Under the pieces are notes generated by a model. It did no database searches, was not told where the DNA came from, and was given only the letters and a program-made list of their open reading frames with translations. A stretch of 41,059 nucleotides of DNA. It comes from Dimargaris cristalligena (taxonomy: Eukaryota). Of this stretch, positions 1-11,887 are shown in pieces (position 1 is the first letter of the stretch; each line of letters starts with the position of its first letter). A program made the translations under genes and the position numbers. The stretch covers positions 1-41,059 of the forward strand of contig ML002331.1 of assembly GCA_003614675.1 (NCBI GenBank), read 5' to 3'.

Positions 1-296
1 CTTGTCTTTCCTTTTATTTTGGTTATACAAATGAGTCTAACCCTTTTATTTAGCCGGAGTTTAGTTCTTTAGTCTTTTAAACATCTGCCAATTTATAATC
101 CCCGAGTTTTAGTATAAATACTCGGTGGAATATCTTATCAATAAACACAACTTTTTAGTCGAGGCTGAAGAATTCACCAGATAGCACTTCTGCGGAAGTT
201 TGATTATGTTTTAGTTATTTTTGAGTACCCGAGGGTATTATTTCTATTATAATTTTATTTTATTACTATTTATGTTGCCCAACATCGTAATAAATT

Positions 297-415
297 AGTT
301 ATGGCCACATGTAGAATTTACCACCGTATCCCGTTAGATCTGCGAAGTTAAGTTTCTGTCAGCTAATTTAGTACTGAGGTGGGTGACCACTTGGGAATAG
401 TTAGTGCTATAACTT
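297..415 (+). rRNA. 5S ribosomal RNA gene (AT-rich, divergent)
   Basis: About 119 nt. Terminal helix AGTTATGGC(297)/GCTATAACT(414). Conserved eukaryotic 5S blocks ATCCCGTTAGATCTGCGAAGTTAAG and TTAGTACTGAGGTGGGTGACCACTTGGGAA. A T-run (Pol III terminator-like) follows at 420-424. Confidence 0.9.
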
Positions 416-3400
416 TATATTTTTAACAGTCTATTAATTTTATTCCCTGCTGTAGGTTGGGTAGTGTTTAGTAATTATAGAATCGGTAACATAAAGGACA
501 ATACTCTTCTGAGTAAAGTGATTAAAGATAGTAACATTGGATGCTATTGGTGGCTTCTGTGTCTTTAAAAGGGAGTGTACCAAATAAGTTACTCATAACA
601 GTTGGCCCCATTTGTTTCTTTAATGGTGGTTTTACGTTCATGTTAGCCAAACATTTAAAGCAACTTGAGGTAGTAAATTCTCAAAACCTATGTAAGATTG
701 TGAAATTCAAACCTTTAGCCCGGGGTTTGGCTGGGGTTGTTTAATGAGTTATTATCGACTTGAAATGGGTTTTGGACTGCAAGACTGGGTCTTAAATATG
801 TACCTTATAAGCCGTATAAGTGGCCAAAAGGAGGAGGTTGACATCATATTGGCGTAGGCTCCTCGCTAACTTAGATAATGGATAAGAAACCTCTGGCGAT
901 GCCAACATGGAGATTCCTGAGATGTAGGTAGACTAGAGACAACGTCATTATTTGCCCATCTAAACTGTCATTTTAGATACTGTTGCTTTCGCCGATCGAT
1001 GGCCCCTCTCATAATTACTTCTTAAGCCAACCATTAGCTGGGTAGATGGTCTTCAATACCTTCCCCTTCTTACTTTCATTTCTGAGCTACTAGATAAATA
1101 TCGCAATTAGTTCCCGAATCCGATGGAGAAGCGGGTAGTCAAAGCTAACGAGTAAAGGTCCAACCTGACATATAACTCACCTCTTGGGTCAGTATCCCTG
1201 TGTTTGGCCCGCCCATCAGCCCATCTACCCACCTGCCTGTTCCTTTGAAACAGTTCGAGCACAGAGGATACACCAGTAGTGTAGGTGGGAGAGCATGTCC
1301 CGCCTTCTTCCAGAAGCACAGTAGTGCTGGTGCATGGGAATAAGCCCCTTAGGACACCCGCGGACTATATGATATTCTCGGCACCCATAGCCAGTCGCCC
1401 GGCCTTGCCGTCGTCTCCCTGCAGCTATGCTCTCCACTATTATCACTGGTGTTTTCTCAGTTTAACGGGTCGACGTATCATTTAGTGGTGCTACAGCATT
1501 AGTAAAGGACGGTTATACGCCAGCACCATTCTTACTCCTAAAAGATTTGTAGGGGCTCCTAATCTATGCCACCATTCGGCCAAGAAATTTGGTTGGCAAG
1601 TGCGTGTCAGTCGATGGTCTACTAATGAAATAATAGTCCACCGATGCAATTCAAGTGGAAGCTCCATAAGGTCTTGTAGGCACCTTGCCGTATTTTTGTT
1701 AAGAGATTCGCTAAGCCAATACCCATGACGACAGATACGCCGAAGATGGTCAATAGAGATATGCAGGACAGGTCATTCAGCTAGCTACGTTGGCCTGAGA
1801 CAATTTATAATAGGGATGTGAATACATAATACGAAGGGTGGTTGATGAGAATATTCCCTAATCGTCACTATCTTTACCAATGTCATTTATTAGTCACGTA
1901 TTCGAGTCCGAAACATATAATATACTCGCCTCTCACTGCCTACCTCTTTCCTATAAGGGATATATTGTTAAAGGTCGGTTTGGGCAAAAATATTCACAGA
2001 CCCCGTATTCCAGTTTATGGATGTAAATCCAACCCGGCGATTGTGGAATGGTTTGAGTGAAAGGGAAAGAAATACGCATATTTCCTTTTTGAATAGCAGT
2101 TGTAGGATGATCCCGACTCTGGCAATTAAAGTTGGTAGTCTATAGGGTGTAAAGTTCGCGAGGGAGTTGTTTAAGTTCCATAAACACAGTTCACACATAA
2201 GACAGTGCCAATCGGACCGTAGAACCAGGCCATACCATGTATGAAAGACGCTTACTTACCCATCGGCCGAAATGCTCACTTTGTAACACCAGTGAAATTC
2301 CCAGAGCTGGTTAAACAACAGCTATCACTCAAACATTCAAGTCAGTGAGCACTTTGAGAACTTGGCTTTCAGCAAGTTTCTTGGTGGGACAAGCTACGCT
2401 TATTGGGATTGCAATCGGAGGATACTGCCCCGAATGCACCTGATAGACCGTTATTCAAGCCAATATATGGGAGAGGTTCAACCGAGCTGTATAACGAAAA
2501 ATCCGTTGGATGAAGCAAATATTACTGGTTAAAAATAAATCTCACACATATTATCACATACACTTATCATTTAAAACCTTATACAGCTGGATCGGATTTC
2601 ACCCATATGTATCTGGAGCCTAGGGGGGGCTAGTAAAGCATGAGGTAGGTGCCAAAATTTGTATTAGTAATTAAGGATGGCTAGATATAATGGTCAACGT
2701 GTAGCGGATTGCTCATGGCGTATATATCGGAAGGGGAGGAAAGGGTCAATATGGTATCACCAAGACGAGAAATGCCGACTGTGTACACGAAACTGATGAG
2801 AATTTAACTTCTCAGTGACTCTCCGGCGACTACTTTTGTATTCACCAGATTCTCGTGTCTTGTCGAAGGGGCGCCTAGTCGGCACATGGCATGTGCTACC
2901 CTATGGGAATGGCATCGGATACGAACCGCCGGGCCAAAATTCTCAATGGTTCGATGCGATCGATACGATGGACCCAACCGGACCTCGTCGGATTAGCTGT
3001 TACTTCCCGGAATCCAGTGAAGGCCGTAGGCTGCCACATATCCCTGAAAGCTAACCAAGGCGCGTGTCCTTCATATAGTCTATAACTTACTCGACCGGTC
3101 CCTCTGAATAGACCCTTTAAATACTAGCCGCTTTGCAATGATATATGTGAAAGTATAGTGTGCTATAGTCCAACAATAGCCAAGTATCCCGTCTGCTACC
3201 CCGCTTTCCTACCCCGAGCCTAGTCTTTTCTACCACATGGAGTTCACACAGTTCTAAAGCAAGCCGGTGGTTGGCTAGCTGTCAATACTGTAGCACAATC
3301 CAACTTGTACTAGAATGAGAAATAAAGGGGTCCGGAAAAAAAAGGGGGGGGTTCTCAGAAGAATCAAATAAAAATGGGGACCAGCTTGTCAAGAGCCAAG

Positions 3401-6321
3401 TTCTCGGGGCCGGCATTCTGGTCCCCAGAGGGGGGATATATCTGGGGCCAGGGGATCCAGGGTGATCAATATCCACTTTTTGTTTCTCTTCCCTCACTAC
3501 ATTGACGTAATTTAGCATACCACATGGAAAATATCCGTTGCTTTGCTCGGGTTATTATCGCCTACTTATTAATGCGATGCAGGGGCATAAGACATAGTCA
3601 ACTGCAACCCTTCAATTGGCCCATGGGTAATTTCTCAAGCGTGGAATATGCACATATCACCACGTGGTTTCTTGTAGAATAAGCAAACAAAGACAGCGGT
3701 CAGCCTCCGTATAAATAATGAAACCCCTCTGTAGCACCGCCAAGCGGGGGTGTTGGAGAGAGGAGAAGTAGTTCAGGTGTAATTCAAACAGTATTAGATG
3801 CTTAGGAAGATGGTCTGATCCAGTAAAACCCGTCGCAGCAAACAGGTTTATCGATATATGGTCTGATTGAACCTCTCCCATATTAATAATGGAAAGACTG
3901 TGCGCCATAATTGTCAATATTCGTTGCATATTTGCAATTTCCAAAGTCCGGTAGCTACCACCTCACGGAGAGGGAATCGGTTGCGCTGGCATTTCAGGAA
4001 ATTGGTCAATGGGGTAAATAAAATCCACCGTGACCTTTGGACGAAGGAAGTAATATTGTTACAAATGCCATATTTCTTTAAATCGTCGCATCGTTATGAC
4101 CTACTGGGCCTGGGTAAATTTTCCCTGTGGAACTCTAGCATAGAGCGGCACAGGGTTTTGACTGCCTCATTTTATTATAACTGATGCGAATTTCCAGCAT
4201 GTGGCTCATCACGAGGCAGATTCCACTTTCGTATGGGGGCATTCCACCGAAGACATACCGGAGCCCATTAGATATGAGTTTGCATCTGAAACCAAACCAA
4301 ATACTTTACACTGGGCTGGGCTGAATTTTGGTTAGAACATAAAAAAAATCCATTTTTATAACCATTACCATATTCTCTATAATACCTTAATGATAGTAAC
4401 CCACGAAATATCGGGAAAATTTGAGGGAAATTGGCCGATGTAAGTGTATTCTAAAGTCAACTATATTCGTAAAGCACAATACCTATTCCTAAGCTGATTG
4501 GTAGTGGTTTCTTGTATGTTTATTCGTCCGTGCACAGTTAGAGTGGTTGGCCTAAGTGTAATTCTACAATGGGGACCGGGTTTCTAATTATGTTGTTTTT
4601 GTACTCACGCATTCTTACTACCAATTTATTAGGGAACCCTTATTACTACTCGATTACACTGCCTTGTTACAGTGTAGGGTATTGTAAATCCTAGACCCAA
4701 TTCTGGGTTAATTGCGATTCTAGGGAATGGGAAATCGAGCAATCCGAATTGACGTCCCTGCTGCAACAGTACAGCCTGCACTTATATAGTTACAATTCTG
4801 ATAGAGATGGGGCAATATACTCTTTCAACACTGGTAATCAATCAATTATACCCAATGGACCCAGGATGGACAGTGACAATGAATCAGTGGATTGTATTTT
4901 ACGTACATGACTTATCCAAATACTGAATACAGTGGGCTGGTACTTGGACACCCCATAAAAATACTAAATGCACTGTTCTGTTATGATCACCCGGGCTGGT
5001 TATTGAAGTTTGGCGGGGAAAGGGTAGTAATCGACATCAGTAGGGAAGTAATGTCGACTTTGCCTTACCAGATATATCCAGGCGGCTTACCTGCCGTGGC
5101 CAGCCAAGCAAAACCTTAACACTCACGTAGGGCGGATCACTCTACTCACCCATTTTCGATAGTGAGGGGAAGACGATTATTACACCTACAATAGAATTAA
5201 GAGCACATTGTACCTTCTAGCTTTGGTGACTATATTATAGCAAGGAAATTACGGTAAGGGTGATCGCTATCTCTGCCGCCACTGTCAAAGAGAGTATCCG
5301 GTCGGAATCACCAATAGTTACTAACCACATGTATGTGGAGGCAACCACCGAAATAGATTAGGAGTCGAAGTAGCAGTACCTTATCGAAAATAAACGATGG
5401 TCCGAGCGGTGGAAGGTTGCAAGTCATTCGCCACACGACCTCCCTACCAACCAGAGTTGATGCGTGATCGTTTTGCTCATCTTCGAAGTAAGCCAATGTC
5501 CGTGGAATATCATTATGCGATCGTACTTTTGAACCAAGTCTTGGTTAACAGATGAGGTTGGAAAGCAATGCCTACGAAACCATAGATGGGAGACCATGTT
5601 GACAGGTCCGAGCGGGGAATACCTTTTTTTCGGGTTTGGTTTTGGGCGAGAACATGGTTTTCCGCATTAATGACCCAATGCTGGTGGGATCGGGGGACTA
5701 TTGGACTTTTTTTTTTCAATACTACGTGGCATGAATTAGCTCGCTATATTTTCGACAGAAACTTGATGTGAAGATAGTAAGGTGCCTTTCATTCGACACC
5801 TCTCCGAATTGTATCACCTGCTGCGTTCCGTTATTCTAAATACCCGTTTCTGAGTGGCCCACTCGCGAATTGAATGGCCACGATCCAAGCGGACCACTTC
5901 CGTAGAGCATGGCGGTATTGGTGGTGGACGCCACCCCTTAGCGAGGTAAGTGGTACCTGCGCTTGGGCTCTCTACCAATCCATGACTCATTCACCTCAGG
6001 GAATCGCCGTTGAAATAAGGCAACCCGTAGGCCTACTGGCGATTGGCCGGCGTATTAATGTACACTTGGGCAAGTTTAATCCTCAAACTTCATACTTTGG
6101 CCTTAAGGGCCATTGGCTAGACTGTATAGCTTGGGTGCATCATTAAGCGACCCATCATTATTTCCAACCGCCGATAGAGTGGCTTTAGGGTCATAAAATT
6201 ATGGTCCACTGAAACGTAAAAGATAATGATGTTCCGCCAATGGTGGTTTAATGGATTATCGCTGCCTCGACAACTTTGTGCATTTGTGGGCCTAAGTCTC
6301 TGGCCAAACAAAAATGCCTTG

Positions 6322-6347
6322 CGGGGATATATATATATATTTCCCCG
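6322..6347. repeat. (TA)n microsatellite closed by a CGGGGA/TCCCCG inverted repeat (near-perfect palindrome)
   Basis: cggggatatatatatatatttccccg read directly from the sequence. Confidence 0.7.
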
Positions 6348-8417
6348 TCCGCTGATCTAACCTATCGACCAGTAGACAACCATCACCTAATAGCATGGCT
6401 GATTCAGTGTTGGCTTGCACTGTAAATCGGGTTTCTCTGGCCCGGCTAAAGCTGGGCTGAGTAGAGGTGCTGAGGGGTAGGGAGGTGGACTACGCAATCC
6501 TCATTTATTCATCTCATCAGCCTAATCTGTTAATAAAGGCACTGAACCCTATTCGACGGGCACGGATGTCGGAGGATTTATCTGTAAGCTAATTATGCGC
6601 AGATATGGCCTATTAGGACAAATAATACAAGGCATGCCCAATAATAGAACAAAGCGAACTGATATTTGGATTGCACGGGTCACTCGTTAAAGAACAGGCC
6701 CAAAAAAATTGGGACCATATGATTGCATTAAGCAACGGATGGCCCAAAGTAACTAACTTGGCCAATTGCTAGCAACTAGATGGCCAAGTGGGGTGTCGTT
6801 AGCCCATTCACTGGCAGACCTCATTGGACGCGTTCCCCAACACCTACTGGTCCTCCGAGGCTCTTGTTTTAGATAACAGGTTTTTTATAGATAGCCAAAC
6901 CCAGCTGCTCGAATTGTGTCGTTGGTTGTAACGTCAGTGCGAAAAAAAGGGGAATGCCATCCACCTGCATGGGCAGTACGAGAAGGTGGGTGGGTCGTTA
7001 AAGGATTCATTGTAAACATAGCCTAAGTTCCATACTGACCTTCTACAGCAATAGTGCCCCACCCACCGGATTATTTTCCCAGACCAATATTAGCGGTACC
7101 CCCTCACTTTTCCCGTCCAATTTCTATACCCAGACTTCGTATTCATTAAAGACAGAATCAGTCAGACTCAAGTATGTACGTTTATTTTTATATAGCCCTC
7201 CATTCGTCCCATTGCCAATGTGACCTGTCTCCTTATTCGCATACCCGGGAATAAAGTTAGTTAAAATCATCGGATTTGATTCGGCTAATACCCCTTCAAC
7301 CACTTTAACCTAGATTGGGCGCCAGAGGCTAGTTTAATCAAGACCCAGGGAAAGAGGAAATAACTGTGCGGTAAAAAAGGCACCATATGGCTAGGTGAAC
7401 TTTTTACTACTTTATCGGCCAATATTGCCGAAACAGCCCTAAAGGCCGCGTCTTTCGACTTCGATTATGAGTTCTATGGATAGAGTGGGCTCCAGCCAAC
7501 TTTATTATCTATGCTGATGAGGCCATTGGTATGATTGAAGGGCCGGACTATGTTATTTGACTGCAATGATGCCCACCAGTATATCTTGGTCGGACTATTG
7601 TCGCCACATTGGAGTGGGCCTATCCTGCGGGTTAAGGTTGGGGGCGCAGGGTTAACTGACGAAATCGCCCGCCCGATGCTTATTTGAAAGAAAAAGGCGA
7701 GTGTAAGGGTGCAGCAACCGGAGTGAGGGAAAGAGAGCGAACCCATTGTGTCATACATATCCATCTGTCTAGTGCACCCAAGTCGAGCGAAAGGGGCCAA
7801 TTTAGTCCAACTGCCCGCATGGGAGGCCCTGAGCTGTAGTCTAAGGTGCGTATGGGAGTGCGTGGTGGGGTACAGAAGGGCGTGTCTCGTCGGTTTGCCG
7901 TGTCCAAGTTCTTCGTTACCCACCCTCCTTTAAATGGACCTTCCCCCCAAAACCCAAACCAGTGGCTGTGGCCTGCGTTGTTCTATGGACATCGGCACAT
8001 CCTGCTGCCCCCATTACCGCTACTGTTGGCCTAATTGAGCCATCCAATCCAGGTTTCGCAATCCACCCCAAACAATCCCCCTCTCCTCCCATCGCCGGTA
8101 CTTTTTCCCTTCCCTCCGCTTTTATCCAGCACCGTTTTTCCTACCCAGGTCCCCAGAATGGGGTGTGAATATAATGGGGAGGGGGATATGTTCAGAAAGA
8201 CCTTGCTTGGTGGCCGATGGTAGTATTAAACAGCGATTCGTTAATAAACCAACGCATCCGTACACTCCTATAACCACTCACCTGGGCTTATTTGTGCTGC
8301 CGCCTGTTACTTTCCCTGGAAACCCGTTGTACATCACCAACCATAATCCCACCTGCAATACAAAAGGCCCATTTTGGTTGGCAGGCCCCATCGAGTGGTT
8401 TTCCTCTCCCCTCGCCA

Positions 8418-9390
8418 TATATAAGGCACCCTTACCGCCCCCCTAATCCAAGTCGTCCAGCTGTCGTTTATATACTCCATTGGCGGGATCCTGAAGACAG
8501 GCGGACTCTCTGGCTTACTTTACTCATACACGTGTGAACACACCCTCTATTCATATTTTCCTTCTTTAAATCTATATATATATATATATTATTTGCGCCA
8601 GTCTTTAACACACCGCCGCGACTCGAAGTCACTTGTACCTTTAATCCGTACCCTGAGCCTCCTGTATCCCCTTTCGCTCTCTCCCCTTATCAGTTGCTCC
8701 CAATATCTCGGTCCCTGTATTTGACCCCTTATTACTTCCTAAGCGGGGTTCCCTGGTGATACACATGATCCCATCAAGTCCTTCGGTTACCCTAATATCA
8801 ACCCTTCCCCTGAAGGCACTTGGCTCGGTTTATCGCTCCGTATTCCACCACTGGGTATTTTTCACTTTACAAGGGACTTCTCCGGGCTGACTATTCAACG
8901 GTTTCCCCCTCCTCTGGCGCGTCTTGGCGAATCCACCCCTTCATTATTTTTATTGAATACTCGACCTATTCATTTATAGCCCGCTCTCTAGTTTATCCCC
9001 TTACCTATAGTGGCCCCGCTTGGTCCAGCTGTCTTGAACCCCTTCCCCTTTTTACCCCGTTCGATATCCGGATTTATTTTATTTCACCTATCCCCATTTT
9101 CGATCCGCTTGTATATATAACACTCCTGGTCCCGCTCCTCCGTGACAATCTTTTCGCCGAATTGTATCTGTATTACTGTTTTGCATACACTAAACCTATT
9201 CTTAGTTACATTACATACCGGTTCCTCGTTTTCCTATTAGTATATTTATGCATACGCTACCTATTTACCTTTCGACCGTTCCCTCACTTGACTATTCCAG
9301 CCTCACCTGCCGTCGTCCACAGCCCCTCCCCCCCACCGGTTGAAAGTTCACTTGCCCGCCGCCATATATTCCCATTAAATCGCATAGCTG
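8418..9390 (+). promoter_or_regulatory. Putative distal promoter (TATATAA 8418-8424) and long non-coding first exon of the Myb/SANT gene
   Basis: TATA followed by ~940 nt of pyrimidine-rich sequence with only two ATGs (8765, 9248), ending at a consensus donor CTG|GTAAGT at 9391. Assignment to the downstream gene is inference. Confidence 0.45.
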
Positions 9391-11882
9391 GTAAGTGAGC
9401 TGCCACTGTTTCTATTACTGGGCGACTAGGGAGACCTAGTGTGAGCCCCATCAGATCACCCAAGTCACTCCAAAATAGGATACATCCGATTCCACATTCC
9501 CCCCTCCCTCTTTCTCCTACCACTGTGGAACTTCTTTATTGTTTCATCATTTTACTTTTGTGACGCATGGTTTATTTCCAGAATAAGGAGGGTCGAGTGA
9601 AGGGAAAATACTTTGGAAGATATACTGCTAATTGTAACCAACTTGGGTCCGAATGAGCGACAGTGGGTTAAATCTTTAGTTGTTCAATTGGCACTATCCC
9701 CCCGCTGCTGAAGTTGCTTTGTTCATTCACAGTCGCTATTTTAGCGGCGATTGACCATCTCACCCCCCCTTCCCCCCTTTTCCTTCACCTCCCCCTTTTT
9801 TTATTTCAATCGGGGGGATTCCATGGCCGTGTGACCACCACCGCCTCATCCGTTTTAGCATCCATTAATATGGCCTGGCTAAGCGAACAGGATTCGGCGG
9901 GTGGGGTATTACGGTTGTGCGGATTCCCCCAGATTGGTCAAACTATTATGATATATTTCATTTCATTTATTTTTTTCTGCCACAGACCTAGTGAGACGGA
10001 AGCTAGGGATAGTTGGGTGTTGCGAGACTGCCCCCAGTGGCATATTATACTGTGTGTATGTGCCCTGGAGTGTCGACCACCACCCTTTGTGCTATAGACC
10101 TATTGTGGGTGGTGCAGCGGCCTCCGTCGAGCTGTGATTGGTAGACGGTCAATAGAGGCCATACTCCATTTGATCAATCGCGACAGGTTGGGGGGAGTAT
10201 TGGTTATCTAATCCTCTATTAGTTCGCGGATTGGTTGCCCAGTAGCTCTTTTTTGGTGATGGGCAATGCCGACTGGCCAAATTGATTCCGATACCTCCCC
10301 CACACGCACCTTATTACTTACGTGCATGTATATATGTGGGTTGGGTGGTAAAACGGATCATTCCACGTGCGAGAAAATACATAGGGTTGTGTGGGCACCC
10401 TTTCTTACGCTTGACTGGGTCCATCTGGCCGATACCTTTGGGTCACTTGAGATACGTGTTCTTTATTGCCCTCTTGGCTTTTCTCGAATGGTGCGCCTGG
10501 TTATTTTCCCACTGTCTAAACTGGCCCGCCAATTTATATCCTGGTGACATCATGAACACCGCCTTATTCACTACATGTGCTTAGTGGTAAACATCCAAAT
10601 GGGGGAACATGGGCTTCAGGTTTGCATATCTATTTGGGCTTCTCGGAAATTCCTATTTTCGGGGGAGTCATCTGGTGGGCCGTAAGGGGGGTGGGAGTAA
10701 AATTAATTGACCGGATTTTCTCATCAACATTAACTAGGCGTGGGTCCCTCTACCGCTTGCACTTATAGCTTTTTATTTATATTTCTTGACTAATCCGACA
10801 TTTGGGGATCACTAATATGGGTATTTCGCATTGCCGATTATCCCCTCGCCCCTTCCTAATGCTAGTTCTAGGAAATCAACATGGGTGGTTTAGGTATAGC
10901 TATTAACTCTCTGTTCTTCATTTGGTTTTCGTGAATGAATTTAGGTCCATCAATTCCGTTATTCCTCCACACTGCTCTCCATCAAATAGCCGCTCGTCGT
11001 CGTACAGGAAATGCCCTTCTAATTAACGGCGCGCTACATCCCTTTCTCCTCCTCCGGTGCATTAACGCTGCGCTTATCCCTCCCTCCCTATTCTAAGTTC
11101 GTTGTTCGCTACACTGCTCACCGCGCCCGACTGTTTTGCCCATTGGTCTTCACTGTGGAACTATTAGAAAAAACACTTATCAATTAGGCGAAGACAAATT
11201 ACCCAATACTCGGATTATTCTTTCGCACGCATTCTAGGTATCAGCATCCTAGGGTTAGGTTCAAACAGTCTGCCACGCTTCAGTCCCTTCTCATCCTCGC
11301 TTTCTGGTCTACTATTTATACGCGTGCTTGGCCGTTTACTAGGCCCCTATTTTACTATTCTCCAGCGCTCAGCAGTACGCCGGTGCTTGTTTAGTTGTTA
11401 TAGACCAGTGGCTCAGTCAGCCTCTTCTGTCCCTGCTTACCTCTACCATTCATTGGTTGACTCTATTTCGCTTTTCCATCCACTTTTCGCACAATTAACT
11501 GTTTGTAAGAATTTAATCCTTTCACCCCGTGCTTTTACATCATTCTGTCCAGCGTTTCCCATAGTCTGAACTTTCATTTAGTATTATACTTCTCCACCTA
11601 CGCCATAATTAATCACGCTTTTTTCGGTCGAGTACGCCGAAAAGTACAAACCCACCTTCCCGTCGCTTATTCTTCTTACCCCCCTCACTCGCATTGGCCA
11701 GTGACGTTTGCAGCCCAGCGATTGTTACCTTTCCCCCCTTTGAATAGCCCAGGGATCCCTCCCCTTCTCTCTTCTTCCCTTATCCATTATTTTCTCTCCT
11801 CGATAATTTTTGGGGCCCACACACTAATCCGATCGTCAGTGGTTGCTGTTCGGTCTACGGCATTTCACTGGTTTATTTTTAG
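9391..11882 (+). other. Putative ~2.5 kb 5'-UTR intron of the Myb/SANT gene
   Basis: Donor GTAAGT at 9391; branch-like ACTAAT at ~11823; acceptor TTTATTTTTAG ending 11882, just upstream of ATG 11888. Pairing of these two sites is inferred. Confidence 0.4.
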
Positions 11883-11887
11883 TTTTA

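Noticed and set aside
2785-2818. GAAA-CTGATGA plus a small hairpin
   Set aside because: Hammerhead core elements are in an impossible order and spacing.
7513-7550. Hammerhead-like CTGATGA-GGCC...GGCC
   Set aside because: Stem II is followed by GGAC, not GAAA, and I find no stems I/III or cleavage triplet.
780-8400. Short ORFs in the long region with no recognisable CDS (possible TE relics)
   Set aside because: No transposase/RT motifs, terminal repeats or coding bias that I can recognise; no tRNA or CRISPR-like arrays seen.
8820-9398. 192-aa hydrophobic ORF
   Set aside because: TTG start and no internal Met; F/L/P/S/Y composition is what a pyrimidine-rich leader produces.
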